IMG/VR virus record: IMGVR_UViG_3300044513_002180
Location: 1 to 31,327 of that record
Direction: 5' to 3' (one strand)
Length of the DNA stretch: 31,327 nucleotides
From: a virus
Lineage: Duplodnaviria; Caudoviricetes
Made by a program: the position numbers and the translations under genes
Part shown: positions 27,793 through 31,327 of the stretch, in pieces
Layout of the letters: every line of letters begins with the position of its first letter
Position numbering within the stretch: the first letter of the stretch is position 1
Notes under the pieces: model-generated
Told to the model about the DNA's origin: nothing
What the model saw: the letters and a program-made list of their open reading frames with translations, nothing else
Database searches by the model: none

Positions 27793-30700
27793 ATGAGTTT
27801 TCAGTTTAATTCTGACAGAGAACAAATTAGAGGCGTCGATTCCACTATCGTCGGTTCTAATTCGGTACGTATCAGGGCAGGTGGCGGATCGAATGAACGT
27901 GAAATCATTCAAGCAGTTATCGATTCTGGCACAAACTTACCACGTGTAGGTATCAACAGAACTGGAAGACGTGTTGAAAGAATCGACGTTTTATCTCCAG
28001 GTACTGGATACACCGATACTCCAACTATTAATTTCTCTGCTCCAACACTGCCTGGAGGAATCACACCAGTTGCCACTGCTGATACTGATAGTGCTGGTAG
28101 AATTATTGCTATTCTTATTGATAACCCTGGTGATGGATATGAAATTCCGCCAACAGTAACAATTGAAGGTGGAAACGGTTTTGGTGGTGCTGCCGAAGCA
28201 TTTCTAGATACCATTGATTTTGAGCTTGATATTAATGGTGCTATTAGAACATCTACTTCTATTATTTCTGATACAGCAAATATCCTAAACCTGGATATTG
28301 ATAACTTAGTTACTCCAGATATTAAGGTTCGAGCTCCCCACCTCAAAGTATTCTTGAATGGTGTTGGCGTACCATTTCCCGACCAAGCCGAACCTATTCA
28401 AGTCAATGAGTATTTTTTCTATAACAAGAACGTATATCAAGCACTTAATACTGGTGTTTGTGATATTCTTCCCCCCACACATGAAGATGGAACGGAACTA
28501 AATGGCACAGTTTTGTTCAAACATATTGGTTATCGAGTAGATGCTCCTAACGATAAATTTTATGGTGAAGGTGGAGTCTCTGGTATTTTCCCACGTTCGA
28601 TTACACCTCTTCTTGGTGACAGATCCGATAAGATTGCTACTACCGAATATGTTCTAAACCTAGCAACAAACGACGTTGGTGGTCGTATCTATGTTTCCGA
28701 ACAAATTGGTGATAATGATAATGATGGTCGTTCACCAGTTAACCCAGTTAGAACAATCAAGAAAGCCTGCCAATTAGCATGGCAGACTCCAGGGGTTAAA
28801 GAATCTATTATTATTGCTGGTGGAGAATATTTAGAAGATAACCCAATTTCAATTCCCCCTGACGCGTCAGTTGTTGGTGACAACCTTCGTCTGGTTATTA
28901 TTAGACCGAATAATCCTGGTAAACACATCTTTAAATTTGGTGATAAAAACTATGTTATTGGTGTAACTTATCAAGATAAAGTTAACTCCTCAGGTGCCTC
29001 TGTTGGTACTTGGGACTTTGCTATGGTCTTTGACGACAAGCAAAGAATTACTTATGACGCTAGTGCTAACGGAGACTTTGGAACTAGTTTTCCAGTAGGA
29101 CATCAATTCTTCGGACCACAAAAATATAAAGCATCATTTACTTTCAATACTGGTGGAAATGATCTAGTCGCTGGTTCTATTGCTAGAGGTGCTACTACTG
29201 GTGTTGTTGCTAGAATTAATGAAGTAGAATTCGACATTACGGATCCTGCGGATCAAAACGCGTTTTCTACTGGCAACATTGCTAATGTTGTTGGAATTTC
29301 TGGTACTTTCCAGTCATCAGAAAGCTTTACATATGGAGGTGCTGGAACCTTAAGATGGGATGGCGGACAAGTATACCAATTAGGAGATCTAATTTGGAAT
29401 ATTAATAGTGTTTATGAAGTTACTACTGCTGGTACATCTGGTACAGTTGGTCCTACTCATACCGATCCCCTGACTCCCGAAACTGATGATGGCGGTCAAG
29501 TATTTTACACCTTCATTAGAGATGCTTATGAATTCAATGCTAATAATGTAACGTCAACTAGAGCAGAGGGTGAGGTTGTATTTGAAGGACGTGATCTCGC
29601 TGTTCAGCGAGTAGAAGAAGTTCCTGTCGTATTAATTGATTTCTCGTTACAAGGAACTTGGACTGATGGTTTCCAGAGTGATCTTTATGGTAGTGCCGAA
29701 GATTTGGGTGGAGTTGTATTCTACACAAACTTACTTGAAGGTGCTAGTAATGTTCACGATTTTAAGGAAGGTGAAGAAATTGAAATTACTGGAATGCCAA
29801 CCGATCTGAATTTCTTAAATGGAAAACAGAGAATTTATAAAGTAATTGAAGACGCTGATGGTAGAGCAAGAAGATTTGTAATTCCTAAAAAAATTGATCC
29901 TGCTTTAGGATATAATAATCAATCAGAATGGAACCCAGAAACAAATGGTGCTGTTATTAGCGTAAAATCTGTTTCTAAATCAGTAACTTTATCTTTACTC
30001 AACTCTCCAAACAAGTTCCCTGTTTCTCAACCTGTAGCAAGAAGATATCAGGACGCTTGTTTACAAATTAGAAATAATATTGATTTTATTGCCGACGAAG
30101 TTGTTGGTAAAATTAATGACGAATTTAAGAAAGAGTATTTTGCTGTATATGATACAACAACTCTAAACTTTAAAATTTATCTAGGAACTTCTAGATTTGC
30201 CCATACTTATGTTAGTGGTGGCACAGTAACATTTGGTGGAGTTACGGTAAATGTTACTGATTTTATTTACGATCATAATGTTACTGGTGAAGCAACTATT
30301 ACTGTTGATAGTCCTCACGGGGCAAGTGATGATGACACTGTTAGACTTGATGGTATTATCGTCCAGTGTACGATTGACGGAGTAGTAACTCAGAAAGCTT
30401 ATCCAAGTTTTAATATTCCTGTAAGTGATGCTAAATGTCGTAGAGATGTCGGACACTTCCTCAATGCTGTCATTCGAGATTTAGAATTTGGTAGCAACTA
30501 CAATATTATTAATGCTGCTCTCAAATATATTGACGCTGGTCAAATTGAATATGTTGATTATGAAATTATTCAAACAGTAAGAGCGATTGAATATGCTAGA
30601 GAGTTAGCAATTTACGCCATGAGAAAGTGGCGTACTGGAGATGGTTTAACAGGTCCTGTATATAGTCCACAATACACTACATTAGATGCTTATATTGATC

Positions 30701-31326
30701 AATCAGTTATTGACGACACTACTGGATCCCCTGCTTGTGCTAACGTAGCAAATGCTATTAATACACTTTCTTATCTATTTGTTGATGTTCTTGCCAACCA
30801 AGCGAGTGGAACGTATCTAGATGCTGCGTATTTAATTGCCAGAAATAGAGATCACATTGCCGATGAAGCATATTTAAAAACAAAAAATCAGTATCCTTCG
30901 CTTGGTTTGGGTGATGTTGATGAAAGAAAGTGTCGTAGAGATATTAACTATATTATTAGCGGAGTTCTTAGAGACCTTGTACTTGGCGGAAACACTGGTT
31001 CTGTAAATGCTGCCGAGTTTTACTATACTGGAACTACGCTAACAGGTGTTCCTGCTAGTGAGTTAGGCGCTACTAGATATGCCTTCACGCAGGTTAGAGA
31101 TTTATCAATTGCTGCTATGAGAAACTGGGTTTCTTCATCAGGTAATCCAGTTACAGCTACATATACAATTATTCCTCAGTTTACTGATAGTTCTATTCTT
31201 GCCGATCCCGCTGGAAACCCACTCTGTGCTAATGTAGAAGCATCTTTAACTACGTCATTTGGTTTGATTGATGGCATCTTGGAATATGCCGAGGACGCTC
31301 TTAGTCCCACAGCAATTCAACCTGGA
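27793..31326 (+). CDS. Giant virion structural/fibre protein, 3'-truncated by the window, with tandem phycobiliprotein-like domains
   Basis: Absent from the ORF track because it has no stop in the window. Manual translation MSFQFNSDREQIRGVDSTIVG... stays open for 1178 codons to the window end. It contains GxGY repeats, the fibre motif GDRSDKIATTEYV, a beta-helix cap motif YVSEQIGDNDNDGRSPVNPVRTIKKAC and two KCRRD domains. Confidence 0.92.
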   Translation, partial: MSFQFNSDREQIRGVDSTIVGSNSVRIRAGGGSNEREIIQAVIDSGTNLPRVGINRTGRRVERIDVLSPGTGYTDTPTINFSAPTLPGGITPVATADTDSAGRIIAILIDNPGDGYEIPPTVTIEGGNGFGGAAEAFLDTIDFELDINGAIRTSTSIISDTANILNLDIDNLVTPDIKVRAPHLKVFLNGVGVPFPDQAEPIQVNEYFFYNKNVYQALNTGVCDILPPTHEDGTELNGTVLFKHIGYRVDAPNDKFYGEGGVSGIFPRSITPLLGDRSDKIATTEYVLNLATNDVGGRIYVSEQIGDNDNDGRSPVNPVRTIKKACQLAWQTPGVKESIIIAGGEYLEDNPISIPPDASVVGDNLRLVIIRPNNPGKHIFKFGDKNYVIGVTYQDKVNSSGASVGTWDFAMVFDDKQRITYDASANGDFGTSFPVGHQFFGPQKYKASFTFNTGGNDLVAGSIARGATTGVVARINEVEFDITDPADQNAFSTGNIANVVGISGTFQSSESFTYGGAGTLRWDGGQVYQLGDLIWNINSVYEVTTAGTSGTVGPTHTDPLTPETDDGGQVFYTFIRDAYEFNANNVTSTRAEGEVVFEGRDLAVQRVEEVPVVLIDFSLQGTWTDGFQSDLYGSAEDLGGVVFYTNLLEGASNVHDFKEGEEIEITGMPTDLNFLNGKQRIYKVIEDADGRARRFVIPKKIDPALGYNNQSEWNPETNGAVISVKSVSKSVTLSLLNSPNKFPVSQPVARRYQDACLQIRNNIDFIADEVVGKINDEFKKEYFAVYDTTTLNFKIYLGTSRFAHTYVSGGTVTFGGVTVNVTDFIYDHNVTGEATITVDSPHGASDDDTVRLDGIIVQCTIDGVVTQKAYPSFNIPVSDAKCRRDVGHFLNAVIRDLEFGSNYNIINAALKYIDAGQIEYVDYEIIQTVRAIEYARELAIYAMRKWRTGDGLTGPVYSPQYTTLDAYIDQSVIDDTTGSPACANVANAINTLSYLFVDVLANQASGTYLDAAYLIARNRDHIADEAYLKTKNQYPSLGLGDVDERKCRRDINYIISGVLRDLVLGGNTGSVNAAEFYYTGTTLTGVPASELGATRYAFTQVRDLSIAAMRNWVSSSGNPVTATYTIIPQFTDSSILADPAGNPLCANVEASLTTSFGLIDGILEYAEDALSPTAIQPG
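30040..31290 (+). repeat. Two tandem helical protein repeats (about 30040-30798 and 30814-31290)
   Basis: Shared motifs in order: Y.DA...I..N.D.IADE / YPS / KCRRD.......V.RDL..G.N....NAA..Y / R.L.I.AMR.W / D.S...D..G.P.CANV. The DNA 12-mer TGTCGTAGAGAT is identical at 30436 and 30931. Confidence 0.88.
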
Positions 31327-31327
31327 A

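Noticed and set aside
1634-30456. Many short minus-strand and alternative-frame ORFs in the track (60-145 aa)
   Set aside because: Nearly all lie inside long + strand genes and show no domain signal. They are the expected shadow ORFs of biased codon usage.
1-31327. CRISPR arrays, tRNA or rRNA genes
   Set aside because: The window is almost fully coding, and the intergenic gaps (under 60 nt) are too short for these.

Overview
This window is part of a T4-like cyanomyovirus genome (Kyanoviridae-type, probably infecting marine Synechococcus or Prochlorococcus; host is an inference). It is a single + strand late structural module: a 60-aa ORF, gp25, gp6, an enlarged gp7 (3232 aa), gp8, a VrlC/DUF4815-like protein (2691 aa), a 66-aa coiled-coil ORF, a 1612-aa fibre protein and a 171-aa structural protein. 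A giant ORF missed by the ORF track starts at 27793 and runs off the window (at least 1178 codons, read by hand with no stop). T4-type late promoter motifs ((A/C)TAAATA) precede several genes. The main finding is that the giant ORF carries two tandem domains resembling phycobiliprotein (phycoerythrin/phycocyanin) subunits, each with a KCRRD motif at the Cys84-like bilin site and a second Cys at the beta-155-like site. Other points are cupredoxin-like domains in the fibre, one with a complete His/Cys/His/Met ligand set, and a 17-bp hairpin that contains a late promoter and would hide the ribosome-binding site of the VrlC-like gene. All homology calls come from motif recognition by eye; no database searches were run.
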